Assembly (NCBI GenBank): GCA_951406725.2
Contig: OX597838.1
Span: forward strand, 33,666,001 to 33,730,000
DNA from: Octopus vulgaris
Lineage: Eukaryota
DNA length: 64,000 nucleotides
Direction: 5' to 3'
Part shown: positions 27,295 to 39,857 of the stretch, piece after piece
How the letters are laid out: each line of letters begins with the position of its first letter
Numbering within the stretch: position 1 is the stretch's first letter
Made by a program: the position numbers and the translations under genes
The notes under the pieces: generated by a model
Seen by the model: the letters and a program-made list of their open reading frames with translations, nothing else
Told to the model about the DNA's origin: nothing
Databases searched by the model: none

Positions 27295-27676
27295 TTGGCT
27301 GTGTGGCAAGTAGCTTGCTAACCAACCACATGGTTCCGGGTTCAGTCCCACTGCGTGGCATCTTGGGCTAGTGTCTTCTGCTACAGCCCCGGGCCGACCA
27401 ATGCTTCGTGAGTGGATTTGGTAGACGGAAACTGAAAGAAGCCTGTCGTATATATATATGTATGTGTGTGTTTGTGTGTCTGTGTTTGGCTCCCTAGCAT
27501 TGCTTGACAACCAATGCTGGTGTGTTTACGTCCCCGTAACTTAGCGGTTCGGCAAAAAGAGACTGATAGAATAAGTACTGAGCTTACAAAGAATAAGTCC
27601 CGGGGTCGATTTGCTCGACTAAAGGCGGTGCTCCAGCATGGCCGCAATCAAATGACTGAAACAAGTAAAAGAGTAA
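27295..27676 (+). mobile_element. SINE family A
   Basis: Near full-length copy. Confidence 0.9.
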
Positions 27677-29197
27677 TATATATATATATATAAGACACGT
27701 GTGTATACACAACATATACACGTGTGTAAATAATGTGTGTGTGTGTGTTTCATTGTTTAAATGAATGAAGATGCTTTATCTGAAATATTTGCAATAGAGG
27801 TGGGCCCAGAGCGAAGGAAATCTTTTTTAAACCACAGCATCGAAAGGGTGGGATTTCTATCTTAACGGTAATTGAATCTGCGAGTGGTGTAAATCCAACA
27901 TCGTTTCTCTTTGCTAAAGACAAAAAGAGGCGAAATGCTCGGTGTTAGTAATTGAAAAGACGGGAATAAAAGAGGCTCTTCTTGCTGAGGAGGCCTCGAA
28001 CAATGTGTGTGAGTGAGTGAGTGTGTGTGGCTTGCTTGACACATTGTGCCAACCAACCAACTGTGAAATCGAACGGGAATTTCACAATGAAGGTGAAGGT
28101 GGGAGACAAGGAATAAAAGAGAGAGAGGAGAAATATGGTGGATTTTTGTATCATGTGGGCTGCATGCGAAAGAAAGAGACAAAGTGAAGTTGAATGTAGA
28201 GCCGTTTGGTTAGTAAAGTAGCCCAGGTTAAGTCCTAATCGAGCAGGCAGACACATATTATCAAAGGCACTCCAGTCGTGACCATCCCGTTTTTTGGCTT
28301 TGTTTCTTTTACTGCATATGTACCGTATTAATCATCAACAATCAAACGGCACTTCAAACAACGACCATTCTTGCACTTTAAGGAGAATCTAGGACTGACT
28401 TGACTACATGAGCAAAATGCAGTCTTTTATTCTTAAGAAGACGGCAGATGATTTTGAGAGATTTTGTCGATCGACACCTTCGACGGGGCCACAGCTTAGT
28501 ATTTGATAGCGATTTGAAACTTCCACACAAAAAACACAGGATACAGTTTGAGAGAAGAGAAGAAGAAAAAAAAACAGAACAAAGCAACCGCTCTCGACAT
28601 GTTATTAACAGCAGTTAAATGTCTCTCAATTCATACACAACTGCCTTAAATACAAAAGGAATCATACGACACAATAGGGAGGGAATATCGTAGATCTACT
28701 CCGGGGGGAATTCGACCATTTTTTGGCCCCCTTGTGGACCCCCTCTGATTTCCGTTTTGCTCAACTGCATCCCTCAACATTCGATGTTTAAAAATCCTAT
28801 TGTATCTTTTTTATTAAATATAAATATATATTATAAGGAATTGCAGAAAAAAAACTGTTAAAATGTTTTGTGTACTGTGGAATTGTAATAAAATTTATTG
28901 CACAAACTTAAACAACAAAATCTTGTACGAACCCCCACCGAGGGTCTTCTTATAAGGGACCTCAATTGAGGACTACTGATCTCTAAAAAAAAGAGACTGA
29001 CTTGGCATGGAGCTAAACAAAGTCCTGCCAAAACCATCATTCGGAATTGTATATGGTTTGAGTACGTTGTATAATGTAGTCTTAGATACATTGCGCCATC
29101 GAAAAACACAACGGAAAAAAAACGTTGGAGAACGCTTTGACTGCTCGATCATCCGACCTAGGGTTAAACAACTCCCCAAACACGTGCAAGTTTATAT

Positions 29198-29228
<31 letters not shown>

Positions 29229-29932
29229 CATACATGTGTATGCGTGTAAATATATACATATATACACACGCACACACCTTCAACTATCGTCCCTTTAAAA
29301 ACTGTACAGGCTTAGCACTTTGTTTAGTGCAATATACATCTGGTGTGTGTGTGTATACATACATCTATATATATATATCTAGCCTGTATATATACACACA
29401 CATAATGCAGATATTTACATATATGTACGTATATATACACACACAAAGTATATGTACATACAAATACACACACAAAGTATATGTACATACAAATACAGAG
29501 GTACACACACGCATATATACATATATATATGTATACATGTGTGTGTATACACCCCATACATCATATATACACACACACATGTAATCTTATTGTATACGTT
29601 GATGTATGGGGTGTATACACACACAAGTATATATGTACATACAAATACAGAAGTACACACACGCATATATACACATATGTATACATGTGTGTGTGTGTGT
29701 GTGTGTATACACCCCATACATCAACGTATACAATAAGATTACATGTGTGTGTGTATATATATATATATATGATGTGCTCTAGACCATGGCTTTTAGTTTG
29801 GCTTGATGTCGGACGAGAGGAAAAAAAATATCAATAAGTTTATCCCGGAAATTAGCGAAGAACTGGTTGGGTGATAGTAATGGCAGAGGAAACTAATTTA
29901 CTAGTAATAATAACCTACACACTGTAGAGATA

Positions 29933-29975
<43 letters not shown>

Positions 29976-30039
29976 TGGCGGCAGAGTGAATAACAATTAA
30001 ACAGGCTACCGAGATGTATAATAAGTGTATAGGGTGTGT

Positions 30040-30450
30040 GTGTGTATACACACACTGTGTAATATGAAATACTACCAGTGTAGAACAATTAAAGTCAAGA
30101 TGTGTATGTGTGTATATATATATTGTGGCAATATATATGTATATATAATACAATGTGTGTATACATGCGATATACTTTTATACTGACAGTAAAACAACTA
30201 TACAGGCTATAGAGATACGTGTGTAGGGGGGTATACATACTATATATTATATACTGCCAGTGTAGAACAATTAAAGTCAAGATGTGTGTATGTGTGTATA
30301 TATATATATTGTGGCAATATATATGTATATATAATATAATGTGTGTATACATGCGATAATACTTTTATACTGACAGTAAAACAACTATACAGGCTAGAGA
30401 TCTGTGTGTGGGGGGGGAGTATATATACTATATATTATATGCTGCCAGAG
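30040..30450. repeat. ~180-bp tandem duplication in a low-complexity region
   Basis: ccagtgtagaacaattaaagtcaagatgtgt at ~30076 and ~30257. Confidence 0.8.
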
Positions 30451-31039
30451 AGTGGTACAATTAAAACAGGCTACATGTATGTATAATTGTGAGGGTAGAC
30501 GTACTATACACTATATACTGCCAGTGTGTGTGTGTGGAGCAATTGAACACACATGTATTTAATGGCATAAATGAGGTATGCGAATGTATATTACAGGCTA
30601 CCAGAGTGTAGAATAAATAAATTCACACACACACACATATATATATACACACATGTGTGTGTGTGTGTATATATACAACGGTTTTAGTACAAAAGCGATA
30701 TTTGGTAGATGACAATGATGATTGTTGTAGGTGGTAAATGTTTAGTAAATCTTCATTGTCAGCTCCGAGTTGAGGCGTTCTGGCCGCGACCATCGCTTCT
30801 AGTTTCGTTTATTTGTTTCTTTTATTTCGGAAATGAATGTATCGAGGCTTTTGTTTTTTATAGTTTTTTTGGGTGGTTTTATTTTTAATATGACAAAGAA
30901 AAAATATTTGGTAGCTGTTTGTATGTAAACTGGGCGAACGACCATGGAGCGAGTGACTGCCGTTTCGTGTGTGGCCACCGCCGAGGATTATAAAAGAAAA
31001 AGAAAAAAAAGCAACCCAGAGTGGAAAGGAAAGCCAAGA

Positions 31040-31785
31040 TCAAGGGTTCGATTCCACATACAGATATAAATATAACATATATATATATGTGTGTGTGTGT
31101 ATATAAACAGAGGGTGGGGATGAAAAACATGTTTATGTATATAAATACCTATATATAAATATACAGCATGTGTGTATGTATGTATATATATATACAATAT
31201 ATACACAAATATATATTGATTCCACATACATAGATATAAATATAATATAGGTACTTGTATCGCAGTGTGTATATAAATACCTATATATAAATATACAGCA
31301 TGTGTGTATGTATATATACAATATATACACAAATATATATCGATTCCACATACATAGATATAAATATATATATATTTGTATGTATATAAACAGGGGGTGG
31401 GGATGAAAGACATGTTTATGTATATAAATATACAGCATGTGTGTATGTATATATACACAAATATATATCGATTCTACATACATAGATATAAATATAATAT
31501 ATATATATACATATATGTATGTATATAAACTGGGGGTGGGGATGAAAAACATGTTTATGTATATAAATGCCTATATATAAATATACAGCATGTGTGTATG
31601 TATATATACAATATATACACAAATATATATCGATTCCACATACATAGATATATATATATATATGTATGTATATATGTATATATATACATATATGTATATA
31701 AACTGGGGGTGGGGATGAAAAACATGTTTATGTATATAAATATACAGCATGTGTGTATGTATATATACAATATATACACAAATGT
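31040..31785. repeat. AT-rich tandem repeat with gggtggggatgaaa core
   Basis: Core at ~31112, 31394, 31534, 31707. Confidence 0.85.
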
Positions 31786-33005
31786 ATAGAGGGGAAGAGA
31801 GAGAGAGAGAGACGGTGGTGGTTTTGATTTTAAAGATCCGCCGCCATTAGCATCTAACACGAGTCCGAGAGAAAGAAATAGTTTGGTGTTGGTGGATCAC
31901 TATTTTGTATATGAGCAACCAAAAGGTGGTCGGGGAAGGAAATCGCGATTTTTAAGAAGAAAGAAAAAAGGAGAGAAAAGAAATCTCCTTTCTTTTTCTG
32001 TCTTACACATACACAAGACAAGACAAGACGAATAAAATAATCCCCCCACGACCAGAATTTGTGGGTTCCAAACCACCCCACGGAACGAATTTCATTCATC
32101 GTCGCCTCTCGATTGAAAATAAGACGAGGTGAGAGAGAAGGGGGGGAGCAGAGAAAGAGATTTTTCACAAAAAGGCGCCTTGTATCTCTCGGCCGTCGTC
32201 TCCCCCCCTCTCGGACGGATTAGTCTTAATTAAACATCGTTAGTCATTAATTTAATTAAAGATTTTTTTTTTCACTTTGGGAAACCTATACGCTTTCCTT
32301 TTTTTATCTCTTCGTGTGACTTTTCTTTTTTCTTCTCTCTCTCTCTATCTATCTATCTCTATCTTTTTGTTTTCTGTTATAGTTTTTTTTCGTATAAATA
32401 AAAAAAAATTAATAGTAAAACCACCACCACCCATTGTTGACTGTGGTTTCCCCCCCCCCCACCAAAAACGACCGGTAAAACAATGGTAAGAGGGCGGTAA
32501 AACAATAGTACCAGGGTGGGGGAAGGAAATATGTACTTTGAGAGAGAGAGAAGCGAAAGACATTGGTGTTACGTATGTGGTTATTGAAGACCGATTTGGT
32601 CAACTTATTGTTGAAGTCCTGCTTGGCAATTGACACAGAGCCGAGCAGAGAGAGAAAGCTTATCAAAAGCGTTCCAGGCAAGGCCATCCTGTCTGTTTCA
32701 TTCTATAAAGCCTAGTTTGCTAGATTATATATAATGTTACTTTCTGCAAATCTCTTAAGAGTAATAATCTTACTATATTCCCAGTGTCCTCCATGTATCT
32801 TTTCAGACCGGTAAAGTTGAATTTAAAATGGGAATTCGGTGGATGACTACTTTCCAATAATAAGTGCAAGCAGCTACATTAAGGAAAGGTCCTTCATGTT
32901 GGCGCGTTATTCTGATGCCAGGCTTCGCTCTATCTCCCCCACCCCAATCTCTTTCATGGTAGACCTGCGATGACCAAAACATTCCAGCCGTGACCACACC
33001 GCCTT

Positions 33006-33045
<40 letters not shown>

Positions 33046-33314
33046 TGTATCTGAAAATTATAAATAGTGGTCATATATGAACGACTTTTATTATCTAATG
33101 TTACCGTTCCTTTGAGGGAGAAAGGTTTCAAAGAACGATAGCTGGGGATAGGGATAAGAAGAGATAGGATGTGTGAAGTGAGAGTTTGTGGGGAGATTTT
33201 TGATATTATTTCCTTTCTTTACAGGAACCACGAATTATCATAGGAACCCCGTCTTGCTTAACTGCACAGGATTGAACTAAAAATATTCTGTTGTTATTTG
33301 TTTCCATTTAAAAA

Positions 33315-33775
33315 AGGCGGTTTGTAGGTAGGTAGGATGTATGAAGTGAGTTTCAAGGGGTTTCTGGCTGTTATTCGTATTTCTCTGTAGGGACTACGTA
33401 TTATTATTACTATTAAGGACCCTGTTCAGGTTTATATTTACTATAATTAATTAGTTATTTGTTTCTAATTAAATAAGGTGGTGTGTGGGTAGGATGGATG
33501 TATGAAGCGATTTTCATAGGGATTTTAGCTATTATTTATATTTCTATCTAGGGACTACATATCATCATAAGGACCCTATTCAGGTTTATATTTACTATAG
33601 TTATTTTATTTGTTTCTAATTAATTAAGGCGGTATGTGGGTAGGATGGATGTATGAAGCGATTTTCATGGGGATTTTGGCTGTTATTTATATTTCTCTGT
33701 AGGGACTACATATCATCATAAGGACCTTATTCAGGTTTATAATTACTATAGTTATTTTGCTGTTTGTTTCCATTT
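33315..33775. repeat. Three tandem ~150-bp units in BAZ1A intron 1
   Basis: ggatgtatgaag...tagggactac...aaggacc...ttcaggtttata repeated. Confidence 0.8.
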
Positions 33776-33946
33776 AAATAAACAAAAATACCGAAGTAAA
33801 CAAACACATGACTTCAATAAAAATGGTTTGATTTTTTTTTTTTTGGTTTGTTTTTCTTTTTCTTTTTTTTTTTGAAAGAAAGAAAAAATACTTTTTTTTT
33901 TTTTTAAATGAATGCAAATATATAATAAAAGAGACGGCGGACTTAC

Positions 33947-34059
33947 TCGTAATCACGAAATATTTCGTTTGTTAATTTACAATGGAAAACTTCCTCGTCA
34001 GGATCGAGATCCGGCGGTGGCTTTTGTTTCTGAAAAGGCTGCCTTCTCAACAGCGGCAT
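33947..34059 (-). CDS. BAZ1A: BAZ1A/ACF1 (bromodomain adjacent to zinc finger 1A), first coding exon, start of WAC domain
   Basis: ATG at 34059 gives MPLLRRQPFQKQKPPPDLDPDEEVFHCKLTNEIFRDY(E/D), closely matching the BAZ1A N-terminus MPLLHRKPFVRQKPPADLRPDEEVFYCKVTNEIFRHYD. The exon ends in phase 2 at a canonical GA|GTAAGT donor (33946-33941). No further exon recognised in 1-33940. Confidence 0.95.
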
Positions 34060-34260
34060 CTTGGAGGAGGAGGGAGAAAAAAATAGTGATTTTTTTTTTT
34101 TTGGAGGGAAAAACTTAAAAAAAAAAAAACAGACAGGTTTTTCGAGCGGTCGGTCGGAATAGAGACACAAGGTTCCAACCTCAAAATAAAATTAAAAAAG
34201 CGGCCAAGAAAAAAGCGGCCGCCGTTCACTTCCTGCTGACTTCTACTGCGTTGCTAAGGC
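34060..34260 (-). promoter_or_regulatory. Putative BAZ1A 5'UTR/core promoter
   Basis: TE-free, CpG-enriched sequence upstream of the ATG. ETS-type CAGGAAGTG motif at ~34227-34235 next to GCGGCCGC. Confidence 0.5.
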
Positions 34261-35279
34261 TTTCCCTTCTTTCTTTCTTTCTTTTTTTTTTAGATAGACA
34301 GATAGAGAGAACAGAGGGGGGAAACAGGCAGGCAGAGAGAGAGAGAGAGAGAAAGAGAAGAGGTTTTTCAAAAAACAGAAATGTGTGTTTAGGTGTTTTA
34401 ATATGAAATTCAGAGAATATTTTTGAGTGTGAAGAATGGAGCAGGAGAGAGAAAGAGAGAGAGAAAATAGGGCTACTTCTAATGGTTTTAGAAAAATCCA
34501 CAGCACCTTCAAGACTGATAGAAAACCCAGAGAAACAACAACCACGATCTTCTTTTTAATCCTACAGTTTGATTCCGTTTCGGCTGTCAGCTTCTTTCGT
34601 TTTCCGTCTTTCTCTCTCCGCTTTCTCTATCTACCTACCTCTCTCTTTGTGGCATGTATGTATCTATTTCCCCCTCTTTCTACTCTCTCTCTGTCTATCT
34701 TCCTCTTGCTTACTTACAAAGAGGTCAGACGCTGACCAACAGACTAAAAGAAAGCTTCGATTTTGTTTGTTTTTTCTTCCTTTTTCGTATCTTTTTTCTT
34801 TTTTTTTTTTTTTTCAAGCAATAACCGGGGTTGCAGGGGAGTAGAAAGAGGCAGGGTTTCGTTGTCGTCGTCGTCGAGAGAGATTCCGATCATCAAAGTA
34901 AACCAAGCAGGACATCTTCCAGGTTGGCGTCGACGAAGAGAACTTATTGTCTTATTGCTTCGTCTTTTTTTTTTTTTTTTCTCTTGTTTTGGCTTTGATT
35001 CGGGTTCGATTTAAACGACGTCGAAGGTGACCGATGGCTGGGTTGTATGATCGATCATCTTTTTACATTTTCGGTCGATTTATCCAGCTTTGCAATTCCG
35101 TCAAGAATGTGAATTTAGTCCTTTTCCTTATTTGTTTTTACCGCTGTTTATTTTTTGTTGATGTTGTGGCCTTTATTTATTTCTCTTTCCGACACATGTC
35201 GACAGTATATTTCTCTTTTCACTTATTATATTTTTACCGGGACAAAAAGGTAAGCCCTGCCTCCAAAAACAACGTCTTT

Positions 35280-35432
35280 CCTTCTGATTGGTTACTTTCC
35301 TGCATGATTGACAGCTTATGTAAATGAATACAGCGGAAGTGAGCGGCACTTTCTTTTTGTTGTTTATTTCATCTGTTTTTGTAGTATTTTTTGTGTGTTT
35401 ATTGACGGCGTGACGTGAACGAGGCGGGGGTT
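35280..35432. promoter_or_regulatory. Second promoter-like motif cluster (CCAAT, ETS, CRE-like)
   Basis: CTGATTGG (reverse CCAAT box) ~35284, GCGGAAGTG ~35333, CGTGACGTG ~35409, GGCGGGG ~35423, all in a TE-free CpG-rich stretch. Confidence 0.45.
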
Positions 35433-35638
35433 TGTTTTTCTACACTTTTTTTTCAAAAACTGAAGAGTTCTTCTTTCTGACGATGAGTTACCTACCTTGT
35501 TTTACCCGCGCTATCCCGCCTCTAAATATTGAGCAATTTTTTCAACCTCACCTCTACGCACCATTGCGCTGTATTTTTACAGATTTTAATACAGCATCCG
35601 TATTTTTTCTTTTGTTTTTTTTAAACCACACTTCTTTC

Positions 35639-36391
35639 GGCATACCTACACAAGTGTGCTCCGCCATCGATATCGTTTCGTCATAACTTTCAGTAAAGAA
35701 CAGATATTTTTCCATGAAATTTTCTACAAACACTTTTCAAATCGTGTAGGTTAGGATTATATCGGAATCTAATACTCTTACTTGTTTCAGTCATTTGACT
35801 GTGGCCATGCTTAAGCACCGCCTTTAGTCGAGCAAGTCGACCCGAGGACTTCTTTTTGCCGAACCGCTAAGTTACAGGGACGTAAACACACCAGCATCGG
35901 TTGGGCGACAAACACAGGCACAAACATATACACATACACATATATATGCATATATACGACGGGCTTCTTTCAGTTTCCGTCTACCAAATCCACTCACAAG
36001 GCTTTGGCCGGCCCAAGGCTTATAGTACAAGGCACTTGCCCAATGTGCCACGCAGTGGGACTGAACCCTGAACCATGTGGTTTGTAAGCAAGCTACTTAC
36101 CACACAGCCACTCCTAAGCCTATGTGAACATTTTCTCTTTAATTAGTGAACGGACACATAGATATTGACAATCAGAATTTTTTTTTTTTTTTCATAATTT
36201 CATGTTTCATTTTGTAGCTATATTTAATGTATGTCATAATATGTGTGCACACCCACCAGTATTTTTTTCTACATTAAATTTTGATATAACACCTAAAAGG
36301 TATTTGCAGAAAATTTCATTAAAAACTATCCATTTTTCTGAAAGTTCTGCAGAAGCTAAGTCGATGAGAGGCACATTAGTGTAGATATGCC
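35639..36391. mobile_element. MITE with long imperfect TIRs, containing a SINE A
   Basis: ggcatacctacac...gtgtagatatgcc; inverted similarity over ~90 bp. Confidence 0.65.
35773..36122 (-). mobile_element. SINE family A nested in a MITE
   Basis: Reverse-complement copy. Confidence 0.88.
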
Positions 36392-37819
36392 TCTCTTCCT
36401 TTTTATATTTTATTCTAACTTTTTTACCAAAATATTTTTTTAAAAAGCACGTTTTCTCTCTTACTCGTCCTGCTTGAACGAAAACTTTGGGCCCTGTACT
36501 TATACGGCCTCAATACATTTTATTCAAATAATTTCTTCCCACCTGTACTGCTATTTTCTTTCTATCTCTTCCTGTCTAATATTTTTTTAAAAGCGTCGCT
36601 TTTCTAACAAAAAATACCCAAACTTTACTCTATGCTTGGACTGGAACTATCAAAGGAACTGGCAGAATCGTTAACGCAAAATGTTTGGCAGCATTTTGTC
36701 CGTCTTTACGTTTAGGGTTCAAATGCCGCCGGGGTCGACTTCCCCTTCCATCGTTTCAGGGTCGATAAAATATATACCAGTTGAACAACTGAGATCGATG
36801 TAAATTGCTTTGCCTTGTGCCAAAATTTGAAACCAATATTACAGTTCACAGAGGCGGCAAGCCGGTAAAATCGTTAGCACACCGGGCAAAATGCTTAGCG
36901 GGATTTTTTTTTTTTTTTTTCGCCTTTTGAGTTCAAATTCCGCTAAGATCGACTTTCCCCTTTCGGGGGTCGATAAAACAAGTACCAGTTGAACACTTGG
37001 GTCAATGTAATCGACAGCCCCTCCCTTCAAAATTGCTAGCCTTGTGCCAAAGCAAGAAACATGTTTGGCTCTTAGTATTTTTTTTTCTCCCAAAAACATC
37101 ACTGGCCAATTTTCCCCTCCACTTTTGGCTTTCATCACAATTTATTCAATTTCCAGATGTATGGGCCGGTCGTTTAGACCCGCATATCTTCCTTTCGTTC
37201 CGTTTCTCAATAAAGATCATGTTCGCTATGACTAAATAAAATCTTACATTTCTGGTTCAAGACAACAAGTCTTCATTACTTCTTTTACCTTACAACAAAT
37301 TTCTTTATCCACAAAAATGTCACAAAACTCTACTTTCATTATTTTCCTCCTCCTCCTCTCTCTTTATCTATCTCTCTCTCTCTCTGCACTCCTCTCCCCC
37401 TCCCTTGTTTCTCTTTTCTCTCCTCCTGCTACCCCTCTCGCCTCTTCTCCCTTCTTTTCTTTCCCTCTCTGTCATTGTTAGTCTTTCTCTCTGCTCTCCT
37501 CTCTTGCTTTGTCCTCTCTGTTTATCGAACTATGATAATTTACCGTTATACGCCCGATCTCTGAACACCCCCACACAATATATATATATATGTGTGTGAA
37601 TATATGCATATATATATATATATATATATAAATATGTGTGTTCCTGAGACGTTTACGGCTATGCTAGGATGACAGCTTAAAGTTCAGACAGCTTCAAACG
37701 AGCTGAGGAAACTTCAAACCCGCTAGAAATAGCAGTCAAATGTCTCCCAAAGTACACGGTACATTTTTTAAATAAGAAACGATACAATCCATACCCATTG
37801 GAAACTATACACAACACTC

Positions 37820-38395
37820 AGTCCCTGGTTTACTAAAATACATAACGGAACAGTCACTATTGGAACGTCTTTGATCATAGGGTATGTTCCCATCGCGGTT
37901 GACCCAGGGCTAAACGTGTGCGTGTATGTATGTGTGTGCGTAAATAAATACACACACACACACACATAAATAAAGTCCTTGATTTACTAAAATAGTCACT
38001 ATTGGAACGTCTTTGATCATGGGGCATGTTCCTATTGCGGTTGACCCAGGGCTAAACGTGTGTGTGCGTAAATAAATATATACACACACACATAAATAAA
38101 GTCCCTGATTTACTAAAATACATAACGGAACAGTCACTATTGGAACGTCTTTGATCATAGGGCAGGTTCCCATCGCGGTTGACCCAGGGCTAAACGTGTG
38201 CATGTGTGTGTGCGTAAATAAATACACACACACACACACACACATAAAATCCCTGATTTACTAAAATACATAACGGAACAGTCACTATTGGAACGTCTTT
38301 GATCATAGGGCAAGTTCCATCGCGGTTAACCCAGGGCTAAACGTGTGCATGTGTGTGTGCGTAAATAAATATATGTATACACACACACACACACA
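37820..38395. repeat. Four tandem ~125-155-bp units
   Basis: cagtcactattggaacgtctttgatcat...gacccagggctaaacgtgtg repeated four times. Confidence 0.9.
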
Positions 38396-39523
38396 CTATG
38401 GGCAGTATGAAAATTATCCCAAATCAACTTTTCCATAATAAATTCTGCGAAATATTTATTCGATGCCATGAATCAGGCAGACCAAATCTCTTTATCATGG
38501 GATAGACATTTTTCTCTCTCCTTTTAATTATCTTTGTTAATTTATTTTACCAATGGTTAAAAAAAAAAAAAAAATTGGGGTTTGGGGTTAGATTCCCTTC
38601 TTCTTTATTTATTAATAATTTAATATTTTTGTTGGTGAAAATTGAATTAAAAATTCTAAGTGAAGAAGTCTTTGGATTGAGATGAGTGACGCGCTGTTTT
38701 GGTTTCACAGGAAGACAGAAGAAAGAAGAAAAAAGTTTCCAATGTTATAGTTATACACATATGTATATGCATTCGTATACCCACGTGTATGTATACGTTT
38801 ATATACAATAAATCTGTATATGCACACACATATATACATACATATACATGTACACACACATTGTATATTAGTGTGTGTGTATATATATATATATGTATAT
38901 ATATATATAAATGAAAATCATTGAACAAATGTTGAGCTTCCTTTAAAAAAAAAACCGGCAAATAAATATTTCGTCCCACAAAATGTTATGTTGTAACTAA
39001 AATTATTTATTTTGGGGTTTTCTCTCATTAAATTTAATGTAAATTGTAAAAAAAAAAAAAAAAAAAACCTGATTAACACTAATTAACGGCGAGTGAATCA
39101 TTTAAGATTAATCAACTAGCTTGAGATAGAAAAATAAATTAAATATTTAAAAGTATGAAGTCAGAACTTTCTCAAATTCCAAATAATACTGAAAAATACG
39201 GGTCCCCAAAAAAGTTTAATTTGCTTCTTCCCGTTCCAAAAACTCTTCTTGGGTGAGGGTCATCACTTTTTAATGTAGAATATTGAATAGAATAATATTT
39301 AATAGAGTAACCGCAGTGTGCTTCGATTTTATGTTCAGACAAAAAAGAAATACATATTTCGGGTTTTTCTATTATTTCTTAAAGAAAAATGAAATAACAG
39401 AACACCTCTTTGGCTTTGGATTTCTTTTTTCTTTATTTTTCCATCAGTTTTCTTCGTTTTAGACATTTTTTTTTTATATCCTTCAAAAGTTAAGCCAAAC
39501 AACACTTTGTAGCTCACACACGT

Positions 39524-39574
<51 letters not shown>

Positions 39575-39821
39575 TACATACACATGTATGTATATCTGCG
39601 GTGCTCTAGCATGGTCGTAGTCCAATGACCGAAACAAGCAAAAAACAATATATATATATATATATTGTTATATTTGAGGATGCTTTTTTTTTTAATAAAT
39701 ACACGCACCATTAGTTCGTCTTTACTGGCAAGGTTTTTTTTTAAAATGACCATCCCCATTTATAACAATGTTTCAATACAAGGATTCACATCATAAATCT
39801 TACAGAGCAAATGTATAAACG

Positions 39822-39857
<36 letters not shown>

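Noticed and set aside
32409-32687. ORF with hydrophobic N-terminus (MALPGTLLISFLSLL...)
   Set aside because: No recognisable domain; runs into low-complexity sequence
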